From assembly GCA_902790465.1 (NCBI GenBank), contig CADASF010000008.1, positions 981 to 64,980 of the forward strand: DNA of 64,000 bases, read 5' to 3'. This document shows, in pieces, positions 48,305-56,954 of this stretch. This DNA is from an uncultured bacterium (GTDB lineage: Bacteria; Vulcanimicrobiota; CADAWZ01). A program made the translations under genes and the position numbers. The notes beneath the pieces were generated by a model. That model saw only the letters and a program-made list of their open reading frames with translations, made no database searches and was not told the DNA's origin. Within the stretch, counting starts at the first letter, position 1; each line of letters starts with the position of its first letter.

Positions 48305-50218
48305 ATGAAAAAATTTTTAAAATTTGCCTACATGATTCTTTGCCTCATGTTTATAGGAACATTTACTGTTGCATGCGGTGGAGGCGGAGGAGGAGATTCT
48401 GCTTCAGGTGGTGGATTCGGATATTTTCCAGCAGGTGCAAATGGAAATGGTGGAAATGGGACAATAAATCCTATTTCACCAGATGCCGAATATTCTTTTG
48501 ACAATACAAAAGAAGCCTCAGTCAGTTTTACTGACGGAAAAACAGAAAAAAATACCCCTACAATTTCTTCTTTAGAATCAACTCTTTCTGTTGAAATGCC
48601 TGATTCTTGGGAAATCACAGACACAAAAAATGTAGAAGGATTGACAAAAGGAAATTATAGACTTATAAATAATTGGCTTTATACCACTAATGATTCAGGT
48701 TCAGCTTCAGAGAAATTAACATTTAATCTTCCTGTAAATTCTGGAGAAAGAAGAACTGAAAAAGTCAAAATTAAATCAGGGGATAAAACATATACTTTAA
48801 CTATTATTCAAGCAGGTTTTAAAGAAGACCCAGAAAAGAGAGGAAATATTTCAGCTGATAAAACATTATTTGAAGTAGATTCTCTTTCTTCAACAAATAT
48901 AGATACAAGCCAAGCAATAAATAGTCCAACTAATTTCAATAGCAGAAAAGAGAAAGTAAAGATAACTGCTCCAAATTTTCAAGGTGAACTTAAAGTTTTA
49001 GGTGGTCAAGTACTTGATGTTTCTGGGGCTGTTGCTGTTGACAACTATAGAGTAGTTGATTTAACAATTTATGAAAATCCTCTTGGATATAGAGAAGTTA
49101 AAATTAGAATATTTGCAAATACAGACTATATAGACATAACAGTAAAACAAAAAGGAGCATTCGCAGTTGGAGAAGGAACAGAAGATAATCCATTCATAAT
49201 ATCAAATTTAGATGATTTAAATAAATTGTCTAAAGTTGGATTCTTAAGTGCTTTTGGTAATATTATGCTTGCAGATAAAAATTTTAAAATAAATTCTGAC
49301 ATATCAGGTATAACTTCTCCAATAAGATTACCTTATGGTCATAATGTAGGTAATGCTGTAAATACTGCAAGTAAAATTTGCACTATTGATGGAAATGGTA
49401 AAAAATTGACTGCAAATATAAATGTTACAGATGGAAATGCTTCATTATTTACTTATGGTAGTGGAATAATCAAAAATTTGACAGTAGCAGGAAAAATCAC
49501 TGCTACAGGTAATAATGCTTATGCTTGTGGAATATTTGATAATAGCAACCTTGTTGGAGAAAATAAAATAAGTAATTGTACAAATGAAGCTGAAGTTACT
49601 GCTACTGGTGACTATGCTTCTGCTTATGGAATTTCTCCAAGCAACGCAGTAACAAATCTTAAAAATATAGTAACAAATTGTACTAACAAAGGTAAAATTA
49701 CTGCTACATATAGAGCTTGTGGCATAGGTGGTTCTACAATAAGTGATTGTACAAATGAAGCTGATGTTACTACTACTGGTGAATATGACAGTCATGCAAG
49801 TGGAATAACAGACTCCTATAATGGAACTATAACAAATTGTACAAATAAAGGTAAAATTACTGCTTCTGGAAATTCTTATCCTTATGCTGGTGGAATCTCT
49901 GCTAATACTAATGAAGGAAGTGTAATAAGTAATTGTACAAATGAAGGAAATGTTACATCTTCACATTACGCAGGTGGAATTGTTGGTGATTCTTATAGAT
50001 CAACAATAAAAAGCTGTCAGCATAAATCGGGAATTATAAAAGGCGAAGTTAATGAAGATTATAACTATTCAGGATATATTGCAGGTAATGCTTCAGACGA
50101 ATCAGGATTAAAAATTTCAGGTTGTAAATACAAAAAGGCAACAGGCTCTACAGCAACAAAAGGAGTCGGAAATTATGAAGATTCTGAATCAGGCTGTACA
50201 AATGATGAAACAATATAA
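48305..50218 (+). CDS. Surface lipoprotein with BACON-like N-terminal domains and repeated (I/V)(S/T)NCTN(E/K)(A/G).(V/I)T beta-helix-like repeats
   Basis: A signal peptide ends in FTVAC followed by a poly-Gly linker. There are at least 5 NCTN repeats. TFNLPVNSGERRTEKVKIKSGDKTYTLTIIQAG is BACON-like. Confidence 0.6.
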   Translation: MKKFLKFAYMILCLMFIGTFTVACGGGGGGDSASGGGFGYFPAGANGNGGNGTINPISPDAEYSFDNTKEASVSFTDGKTEKNTPTISSLESTLSVEMPDSWEITDTKNVEGLTKGNYRLINNWLYTTNDSGSASEKLTFNLPVNSGERRTEKVKIKSGDKTYTLTIIQAGFKEDPEKRGNISADKTLFEVDSLSSTNIDTSQAINSPTNFNSRKEKVKITAPNFQGELKVLGGQVLDVSGAVAVDNYRVVDLTIYENPLGYREVKIRIFANTDYIDITVKQKGAFAVGEGTEDNPFIISNLDDLNKLSKVGFLSAFGNIMLADKNFKINSDISGITSPIRLPYGHNVGNAVNTASKICTIDGNGKKLTANINVTDGNASLFTYGSGIIKNLTVAGKITATGNNAYACGIFDNSNLVGENKISNCTNEAEVTATGDYASAYGISPSNAVTNLKNIVTNCTNKGKITATYRACGIGGSTISDCTNEADVTTTGEYDSHASGITDSYNGTITNCTNKGKITASGNSYPYAGGISANTNEGSVISNCTNEGNVTSSHYAGGIVGDSYRSTIKSCQHKSGIIKGEVNEDYNYSGYIAGNASDESGLKISGCKYKKATGSTATKGVGNYEDSESGCTNDETI

Positions 50219-50227
50219 TATATAACT

Positions 50228-50272
50228 AAAAAAGACAGTCAAATTCAAAATTGAATTTGACTGTCTTTTTTT
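50228..50272. terminator. Bidirectional terminator between convergent genes
   Basis: AAAAAGACAGTCAAATTCAA-AA-TTGAATTTGACTGTCTTTTTTT. Confidence 0.8.
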
Positions 50273-50348
50273 ATTATAAATTAAATACCAAATTTAGTAG
50301 ATAACTAAATACAAAACACAAAACGGAACTGCAAGAGGAAGTTTTTTT

Positions 50349-53300
50349 TCACTCTTTCGCTACTTTTACTCCATTTACTGAATTTGCTCCCCAATTTGGA
50401 TAACCCTTTTGCGATTTTAATTCTTCTCTATCTGTATAATTTATATTTGGAACACATTCAAAAGCATTTTCTGCAATGACTTTTACAGAATCAGGAATTG
50501 TCAAATTTAGAGATGTACAATCTGAAAAAGCATATGATTCTATCTTTTTTATACTTTTGGGAATTTCAAGAGATTGTAAAGATATACAATTTGAAAACAT
50601 TCTGTTTTTTATTGTTTCCAATTTATCAGAAATTTTTACATCTCGCAATTTTCTACAATCTTCAAAAAGACCATCTCCAATAGTCTTTACACTATTTGGA
50701 ATTATGATTTTCTTTAAAGATTGACAAGAAGCAAAAACCCGCTCTCCCATTTCAGTTACACTATCAGAAATTTTGATACTTTTTAAACCATAAAAACACT
50801 CAAAAAAAGCCTTATCTCCTATTTTAGTAACAGTATTTGGAATTTTTACTTTTTTTAATCGTGAACAAAATTCAAAAGTACTCTCTTGTATCTCTGTTAT
50901 AGTTTCAGGAAGAATCATAGTTTCCAAAGAAGAACAGGCAAAAGCATAACTTCCTATCTTTGTAACAGAATTTGGAATTTCTATTGTTGGCATTCTACAC
51001 CAAGAAAATGATCCACTTCCTATTTCAGTTACAGTCTCTGGAATAACTATATTTCTTAATGAATGACATTCAAAAAAAAGACGGTCTGCTATTTTTGTTA
51101 CTCCATAAGGAATATACAATTCTTTTAACTTATAACAATAATAAAAAGCCTCTTCTCCAATTTCTGTTATAGTATCTTTACAGTAATAAAAATTTTCAAT
51201 ATCTACCTTTTCCAAATTATAACAAAGGTCAAAAGCAAATGGTTTAATTTTAGTTATTCCAAGGGGAATTTTTACACTTTTTAATGATTCACAATGAAGA
51301 CAAGCCATTTTTCCAATAGAAGTTATTTTATACTTTTTGCCTTCATATTCATAAGTTGCTGGAATATCTAAATGCTCTACTTTTTCTTTATTTTTATAAA
51401 GTATTACTTCTTTATCCTCTGCGTATTCTTTATATTCTCCCAATCTTTCTACTTCATAACCGAGCTGTCTAAATATATCATCATTTAATTCAACTTCAAT
51501 GTAACCATCTTTTGTCTCACTTTTAACCCCATTAATTGCCTTTGCCCACCAAGGTGAACCTTCTAAATTACCATTATAATTTACATTTAGAACATCTTTA
51601 AAAGACTTTTCTCCTATTCTAAATACAGTATCAGGGATAGTCAAATTTAGAGAAGTACAGCCACTAAATGCCTCGTCTCCCAATCGATGTAATTCTTTAG
51701 GCATATGTATTTCCTCTAAAGATGTACAATTTGCAAAAGACTCATATCCGATAGTATAAACATTATCTGGAAGATAAACTTTCTTTAAAGAAGTACAATT
51801 TTTAAAAGCAGAATAACTTATTTCTACTACTTTTTGAGGAATAGATATACTTTCTAAAGATGTGCAATTTGCAAAAACAGAAGCCCAAATAATTGCAAGA
51901 TCATTTGAAAGAACTATATTTTTCAAAGATGTACAAGATTCAAAACCAGAATTTGCTATATAACCAACACTATCAGGAATTACAATATCTTTTAAAGAAG
52001 TACAATATTTAAAAGCCTCTTCGTCTATTCCATCAACTTTATCAGGAATAATTAAGTCTTCCAATGATTTACAATTATAAAAAGTATATTTTTGTATACT
52101 TTCCAAATTTTTAGAAAGAGCTACATCTTTTAATGATTCACAATTTTTAAAAGCAGATTCCCCTATTTCTAATACAGAATCTGAAATTGTTACACTTTTT
52201 AAAGAAGTAGAATTTGCAAAAGCAGATTTCCCTATTTTTAATACAGAATTTGGAATGGTTACACTTTTTAAAGAAACAGAATTTGCAAAAAAATTATTAG
52301 CAATCCCTGTTATTGTATATTCTATTCCATTATAATTATATGTTGATGGAATTTCTAAATATTCTACAGGTTCACCATTTTTGAAAATTGCAAATTTATC
52401 ATCTAGTCTGTCTATTTCATAACCCAATATTTTTAATATTTCATCAGTCAAATCTGCATAAAATTTATTTTCACTTAAAAAATTAATCCCTTTTAATGCA
52501 CTACAATCCTCAAAAACACCTATTCCCATTTTTTTGATATTTTTGGGAATCTCAACTATTTCCAATGATTTACAATTAGCAAAAGTATATTTTTTTAATT
52601 CTTCTAATTTATTTGAAAATTTTATATTTTTTAATTTTTCACAACCTAAAAAAGCCTTCTCACCTATTGTTTGCACACTATCAGGAATTTCAACTGTTTC
52701 CAAAGATTTACAATTAGTAAAAGCAAATTCACCTATTTCAGTAATTTTATTTGAAATGGTTATTTTTTTTAGCGAAAAACAATCATTAAAAAAGCCAAAA
52801 GGAATCTTTTTAAAATTATCTGGAATGATTACATTTTTTAATGAAAAACAACCATCAAAAACACAATTACCTATTTTTTTAACACTTTTTGGAAGTTCAA
52901 GAGATTGTAAAGATTCACATTCAATAAAAGCATCATCACCAATTTCTTTTAGATTATTTGGAATTTTTACTCTTTTTAAGTTAATACACCCATAAAAAGC
53001 AAAATCTTTTATTTTTGTTACACTATCAGGAATAACTATTTCTTTTAACGATCTACAACTCTCAAAAACACAACTAGATAATTCTTTTAAATTACAAGAA
53101 AGAGAAATTTTTTCTAAAGAATTACAATTATCAAAAGCATATTCTTTTATTTTTATAACACTGTCAGGAATGACTATTTCCTTTACTAACAAACAAAGAC
53201 GAAAGGCTCTCTTTTTAATATTTTTTACTGTATCTGGAATAGTTATTTCTTTTAAACCAGCACAATAAGCAAAAACCTCTTTTCCAATAGAAGTTATTTT

Positions 53301-53507
53301 ATATTTTCTACCTTCATATTCATAAGTAGCTGGAATGTCAAAAATTCTTATTTCCTTGCCGTTTTTTAATATTGCAAGATATTGCTTTAAAGAAAATTTT
53401 AGATAAAATTTTCCAGAATTTTTCCTTTTCCATTCCTTCCATTTAAATTCATAACCTAAATGATTCAAAACTTTTTTATCTAATTCAACTTCAATAAAAT
53501 CAGTCAT
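50349..53507 (-). CDS. BspA-type leucine-rich repeat (LRR_5) protein, 1052 aa, three internal modules
   Basis: It has dozens of ~23-aa repeats of the type IP.SV..IG..AF..C.SL. Three N-cap-like segments (..LGYE..IPATYEYEG(R/K)KYKITSIGK) delimit the modules. Confidence 0.85.
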   Translation of the reverse strand: MTDFIEVELDKKVLNHLGYEFKWKEWKRKNSGKFYLKFSLKQYLAILKNGKEIRIFDIPATYEYEGRKYKITSIGKEVFAYCAGLKEITIPDTVKNIKKRAFRLCLLVKEIVIPDSVIKIKEYAFDNCNSLEKISLSCNLKELSSCVFESCRSLKEIVIPDSVTKIKDFAFYGCINLKRVKIPNNLKEIGDDAFIECESLQSLELPKSVKKIGNCVFDGCFSLKNVIIPDNFKKIPFGFFNDCFSLKKITISNKITEIGEFAFTNCKSLETVEIPDSVQTIGEKAFLGCEKLKNIKFSNKLEELKKYTFANCKSLEIVEIPKNIKKMGIGVFEDCSALKGINFLSENKFYADLTDEILKILGYEIDRLDDKFAIFKNGEPVEYLEIPSTYNYNGIEYTITGIANNFFANSVSLKSVTIPNSVLKIGKSAFANSTSLKSVTISDSVLEIGESAFKNCESLKDVALSKNLESIQKYTFYNCKSLEDLIIPDKVDGIDEEAFKYCTSLKDIVIPDSVGYIANSGFESCTSLKNIVLSNDLAIIWASVFANCTSLESISIPQKVVEISYSAFKNCTSLKKVYLPDNVYTIGYESFANCTSLEEIHMPKELHRLGDEAFSGCTSLNLTIPDTVFRIGEKSFKDVLNVNYNGNLEGSPWWAKAINGVKSETKDGYIEVELNDDIFRQLGYEVERLGEYKEYAEDKEVILYKNKEKVEHLDIPATYEYEGKKYKITSIGKMACLHCESLKSVKIPLGITKIKPFAFDLCYNLEKVDIENFYYCKDTITEIGEEAFYYCYKLKELYIPYGVTKIADRLFFECHSLRNIVIPETVTEIGSGSFSWCRMPTIEIPNSVTKIGSYAFACSSLETMILPETITEIQESTFEFCSRLKKVKIPNTVTKIGDKAFFECFYGLKSIKISDSVTEMGERVFASCQSLKKIIIPNSVKTIGDGLFEDCRKLRDVKISDKLETIKNRMFSNCISLQSLEIPKSIKKIESYAFSDCTSLNLTIPDSVKVIAENAFECVPNINYTDREELKSQKGYPNWGANSVNGVKVAKE

Positions 53508-53554
53508 TTATATTTCCTTTCTATAATTTCTTAATTATATTATAACATATGACA

Positions 53555-53571
53555 ATGACAAAATATGTCAT
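53555..53571. promoter_or_regulatory. Palindromic operator-like site ATGACA-N5-TGTCAT (copy 2), upstream of the LRR gene
   Basis: ATGACAAAATATGTCAT lies 48 nt upstream of the LRR start codon, with an extra ATGACA half-site adjacent. Confidence 0.45.
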
Positions 53572-53694
53572 TTCAAAAAAACTAACCAAATTATTTAACA
53601 GCCTAATTAATAAATGTTAAAAGTTATTTCTATCTATTTTTTAAATTTATAACTTTTAGAAATTATATAAAAAAATATAAAATATTGTTTGTAA

Positions 53695-53711
53695 ATGACA
53701 TAATCTGTCAT
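53695..53711. promoter_or_regulatory. Palindromic operator-like site ATGACA-N5-TGTCAT (copy 3) next to TGaTATAAT
   Basis: ATGACATAATCTGTCAT is followed by TTGATATAAT, in front of 53809-54186. Confidence 0.5.
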
Positions 53712-53808
53712 CTTAATTTGATATAATAAACATAGAAGGAAAAAGGGTAAAAAATAAAAATAGGATATTGTTTTCAAATTTTTTTTAAAGCTGAAAGGAA
53801 AAAGTGAA

Positions 53809-54186
53809 ATGTTAGATTACAATAATATAATTTTATTTGTGAATTTATTACTTGTTTTAATGCTTTTCAGTGATTTTATAAATATAAAACGAGAAAATTA
53901 TTTTAATGATGGAGATAATATAAATATTAATAAAGACGAAGAATTAACTAAACCTGAAAAGTTTTATAGAGATTGGGAATGCTATTTAGAAGAAATTAAA
54001 CCCCCAAAACCTAATGAAAATAGTATTATTGAAGATGTTCAAGCATGGAATGATTGGATTGAAAAACAATGCGAACATTCAGAGTATAAAAACCTTTATT
54101 CAGCTTGGAAATATCATTTACAAGATTCTGGAGTTAAATGGAAAGATATGTTAGAAAATTATAAACGAAAATATAAAAATAAATAA
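53809..54186 (+). CDS. Small N-terminally anchored membrane protein, paralog B (125 aa)
   Basis: Paralog of 46660-47034, including the promoter/operator and SD region. Confidence 0.6.
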   Translation: MLDYNNIILFVNLLLVLMLFSDFINIKRENYFNDGDNININKDEELTKPEKFYRDWECYLEEIKPPKPNENSIIEDVQAWNDWIEKQCEHSEYKNLYSAWKYHLQDSGVKWKDMLENYKRKYKNK

Positions 54187-54227
54187 AAATGAAAATTAAA
54201 TGAATAAAATATATATCTTATATCTAA

Positions 54228-54370
54228 AAAGAAGGAGAAAATTAACATCAATAGAATAGCTAAATTATAGTTCACAAAGCGATCGCTTTGTGAAGCACAT
54301 ATTCTCTGTTTAGGGAAAACTAAGTATTAGTCATTAAAGGGCGGACGCCAATAAAAGGCGTCCGCCCTTT
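54228..54370 (+). repeat. ~145-bp conserved 3' element with two hairpins (copy 2)
   Basis: Near-identical to 48038-48184. Confidence 0.85.
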
Positions 54371-54575
54371 TATGGTTTGTTGCTAAAACACCAATTAGCC
54401 TCAGGCGAGGTCATTGCGAGGGAGCTATGACAAAGTGGCAGTATACAGGATATATTGGATAGTTTATAGCAATTTTTAAATATGCAAAAATAAGTTTACC
54501 AACACGCCCTCATTTTAACAATAGATATATAAAAGTTAAAAATTTCAAAAATTCAAAAAAAGGAGGTGAAAAAAA

Positions 54576-54920
54576 ATGGATAGTGGATTAAGTGAGATTG
54601 ATAAATTAGGAAACAAATTAGAAGGTATTCTTCGTAAATATCTAAATTGTGGCTACGGTGACTTTGAAGTTAAATCAAATGATAATTTAACAATGCTAAA
54701 TTGGAGAAGTCCAATATTTTTTGCTTTAGGTGATAAATATGGTAAATCAAATAACGATCCCAAAGTAAAAGAAACTATAGATAACTTTTTAGAAATTTTT
54801 ACTGGTAATAGCATAAACGATATTGTAAAAAATTTTGAATATTACAATTTAAATTCAACTAAAGAAGCATATCAAAAAATTGAAGATATTATAAACGAAT
54901 TAGAAAAAGTTCTAAAATAA
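54576..54920 (+). CDS. Hypothetical protein (114 aa)
   Basis: Strong SD (AAGGAGGTG). No family recognised. Confidence 0.45.
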   Translation: MDSGLSEIDKLGNKLEGILRKYLNCGYGDFEVKSNDNLTMLNWRSPIFFALGDKYGKSNNDPKVKETIDNFLEIFTGNSINDIVKNFEYYNLNSTKEAYQKIEDIINELEKVLK

Positions 54921-54953
54921 ATTATTTAATACAACACAAAGAAGGTGTAATAA

Positions 54954-55505
54954 ATGTTTCTTATTTTTGGATTTCTAAATGACATTTTTGGAGATAGTGA
55001 AGAAAATAATCTTAAAAAAAATTCTCATAGTCGTTTCTCCTTTGAAGAATTTACTAGAGTCAGTTGGCAGGAGCATATCAATGATTTTACTAAAATGGTA
55101 GGTTACCCTTCTGACTCTGAAAAAAAATTTACAATACCTAAAACAACTACTCTGTATGGTGGTAAATCTGAAGGATATATAGATGAAATAGGAAGCGATT
55201 TCTTAAAAAGTATGTTTCGACCAAGTGATTCCTTAAGAAAACTTTATGAAGAATATCAAAGAAAATGTCGCATCCCCATAAAAAGTTGGTTTGGTCTAAT
55301 AGAAACAATAATCATTCCAAATTCTGTAACCAAAATAAAAGAAAATGCATTTAACAATTCTGAAGGCTATACAAGAAACTTAAAAAATATCATCATTCCT
55401 GATAGTGTTACAGAAATAGGTTCTGGTGCTTTTTACAATATTCAACACATTGAATATCACGGTTCAGCAAGTGGTGCCCCTTGGGGAGCAAAATCTATGA
55501 ACTAA
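54954..55505 (+). CDS. Small protein with two C-terminal BspA-type LRR units (183 aa)
   Basis: IIIPNSVTKIKENAFNN and IIIPDSVTEIGSGAFYN. The tail GAPWGAKSMN resembles the module ends of the 1052-aa LRR protein. Confidence 0.5.
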   Translation: MFLIFGFLNDIFGDSEENNLKKNSHSRFSFEEFTRVSWQEHINDFTKMVGYPSDSEKKFTIPKTTTLYGGKSEGYIDEIGSDFLKSMFRPSDSLRKLYEEYQRKCRIPIKSWFGLIETIIIPNSVTKIKENAFNNSEGYTRNLKNIIIPDSVTEIGSGAFYNIQHIEYHGSASGAPWGAKSMN

Positions 55506-55538
55506 TAAATAGTTCCAATTAGCAAACTTACAGAACAC

Positions 55539-55577
55539 AAAATCCCTCTTGCGGAGTATATATGCAGGAGGGATTTT
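55539..55577. terminator. Hairpin of the CTCTTGCGG..CYGCAAGAG family (bidirectional terminator)
   Basis: AAAATCCCTCTTGCGG-N-TGCAGGAGGGATTTT between convergent genes. Related copies lie at 56497-56536, 56912-56950 and 58136-58173. Confidence 0.65.
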
Positions 55578-55581
55578 ATTT

Positions 55582-56418
55582 TTATGCCATCGTTAGTGCC
55601 ATTGCTTGTATCTCTGCAAGTTCCAATGTTGTTGCTTCCGCAATCTTCTCTAAAGGAAGACCTATTTTTAATAAATTTTTTGCAGTTTTCCAAAGTCCAT
55701 TCTTCTCTCCAATTTTTTCGCCTTCAAGAATACCAACTTTTTTGCCAGCTTCAATCCATTCAGATTTTGATTCATTTATAATTCTTTGTACATTATCTTT
55801 ATATATAGCTTCCACTTCCTTAAAACCTCCCTCTGTTTGTTTTAAATATAATGCAGGTTTTCGTAACTCATCACATAACATCTCATCAGGATTTACACAT
55901 TTTAAATCATGAACAATTTTACCAATATCTGTTGAAATATCTTCAAACTCGCCATTTATGTAACGTTGAATGTGATACAATTCTTGACCTTTTTTGAATA
56001 TATCTTTTTCAGCTATAAATATAACATAAGTTTCACTAAGCGATCTAATATCTTCGCCTTTTTTCAAAGCATTTGAATCAATAGAACTGCTATAATATCT
56101 CGCACGAACTGCAACAGCTCCTTCACTGCTTCTTTGAATCTCTATGTTAAATCTACGCTTAACAGTCCCATCTTCTGCCAATTCTTCACAATAAAAATCA
56201 AGGCGAATTCCCCTACCTCCGACATTATCTATAACCTTTTGAATTTCCATATTCCTAACAATTATAAAAGGATTTTTTAGAAATTTTCTGATCAAATATT
56301 CAGCAGGTTTATAGGTCTTATTCTGCAAAAATGCCCTAAAATAAGTATCTGAAAATAGAGAGGCATTTTTTATGTAGTCCCTTAAATCTTGTGTGTTAAT
56401 TTGTATTTCTTCTGCCAT
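55582..56418 (-). CDS. Rpn/YhgA-like PD-(D/E)XK recombination-promoting nuclease (putative transposase family)
   Basis: Nuclease core RLDFYCE..FNIEIQRS (D..E.Q). The C-terminal helix-rich tail GLPLEKIAEATTLELAEIQ is typical of Rpn proteins. Confidence 0.7.
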   Translation of the reverse strand: MAEEIQINTQDLRDYIKNASLFSDTYFRAFLQNKTYKPAEYLIRKFLKNPFIIVRNMEIQKVIDNVGGRGIRLDFYCEELAEDGTVKRRFNIEIQRSSEGAVAVRARYYSSSIDSNALKKGEDIRSLSETYVIFIAEKDIFKKGQELYHIQRYINGEFEDISTDIGKIVHDLKCVNPDEMLCDELRKPALYLKQTEGGFKEVEAIYKDNVQRIINESKSEWIEAGKKVGILEGEKIGEKNGLWKTAKNLLKIGLPLEKIAEATTLELAEIQAMALTMA

Positions 56419-56496
56419 TTTTTTTAATCCACCTTATTTTTATTATAGCAAAATAGAAAAAATAATGCAACTCCTCAATGGGGAAGAATCAAACCA

Positions 56497-56536
56497 AAAT
56501 CCCTCTTGCGGAATATAATTTCTGCAAGAGGGATTT
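56497..56536. terminator. Hairpin of the CTCTTGCGG family
   Basis: AAAATCCCTCTTGCGGAATATAATTTCTGCAAGAGGGATTT downstream of the AbrB-like gene. Confidence 0.65.
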
Positions 56537-56578
56537 ATATTTGTTAAATTTTTCGGTAAATGTTATTTGAAACATTAT

Positions 56579-56836
56579 TTATTCCTCAAGTTTATCAAAC
56601 AATGCTTCTAAATTATCAAAAACAGGCTGTTTTCCATTATTAATATTTTCTTTTAATTGGTTTATTTCATCTTGCAATTCATCTAAATATTTCTTTGGAT
56701 AGACAACAACAGGAACAATACAGATCATACCATCTTTTTCAAAAATCTCTAATTTATCACCTTCAGAAATTCCAAGAGAAGAAACTATACTTTTAGGTAA
56801 AGTTATCTGTGATTTTGCTCTAAGTTCAGTTATCAT
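56579..56836 (-). CDS. AbrB/MazE/SpoVT-family antitoxin-like DNA-binding protein, no adjacent toxin ORF
   Basis: Swapped-hairpin signature AKSQITLPKSIVSSLGISEGDKLEIFEKDGMICIVP; 85 aa. Confidence 0.7.
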   Translation of the reverse strand: MITELRAKSQITLPKSIVSSLGISEGDKLEIFEKDGMICIVPVVVYPKKYLDELQDEINQLKENINNGKQPVFDNLEALFDKLEE

Positions 56837-56911
56837 AAATCCTCCTATTTTTAGAAATTCCTACTTTCATACTTAATTTTAAATTATTTCAATAAATTTG
56901 TCAATAAAAAC

Positions 56912-56950
56912 AAAATCCCTCTTGTGTAATATATCCGCAAGAGGGATTTT
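56912..56950. terminator. Hairpin of the CTCTTGCGG family
   Basis: AAAATCCCTCTTGTGTAATATATCCGCAAGAGGGATTTT just downstream of the abiF stop. Confidence 0.65.
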
Positions 56951-56954
56951 GCTT

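Noticed and set aside
56579-56836. AbrB-type antitoxin as part of a complete type II TA pair.
   Set aside because: No toxin-sized ORF is adjacent on the same strand. It is flanked by terminator hairpins on both sides. I call it an orphan antitoxin or regulator only.
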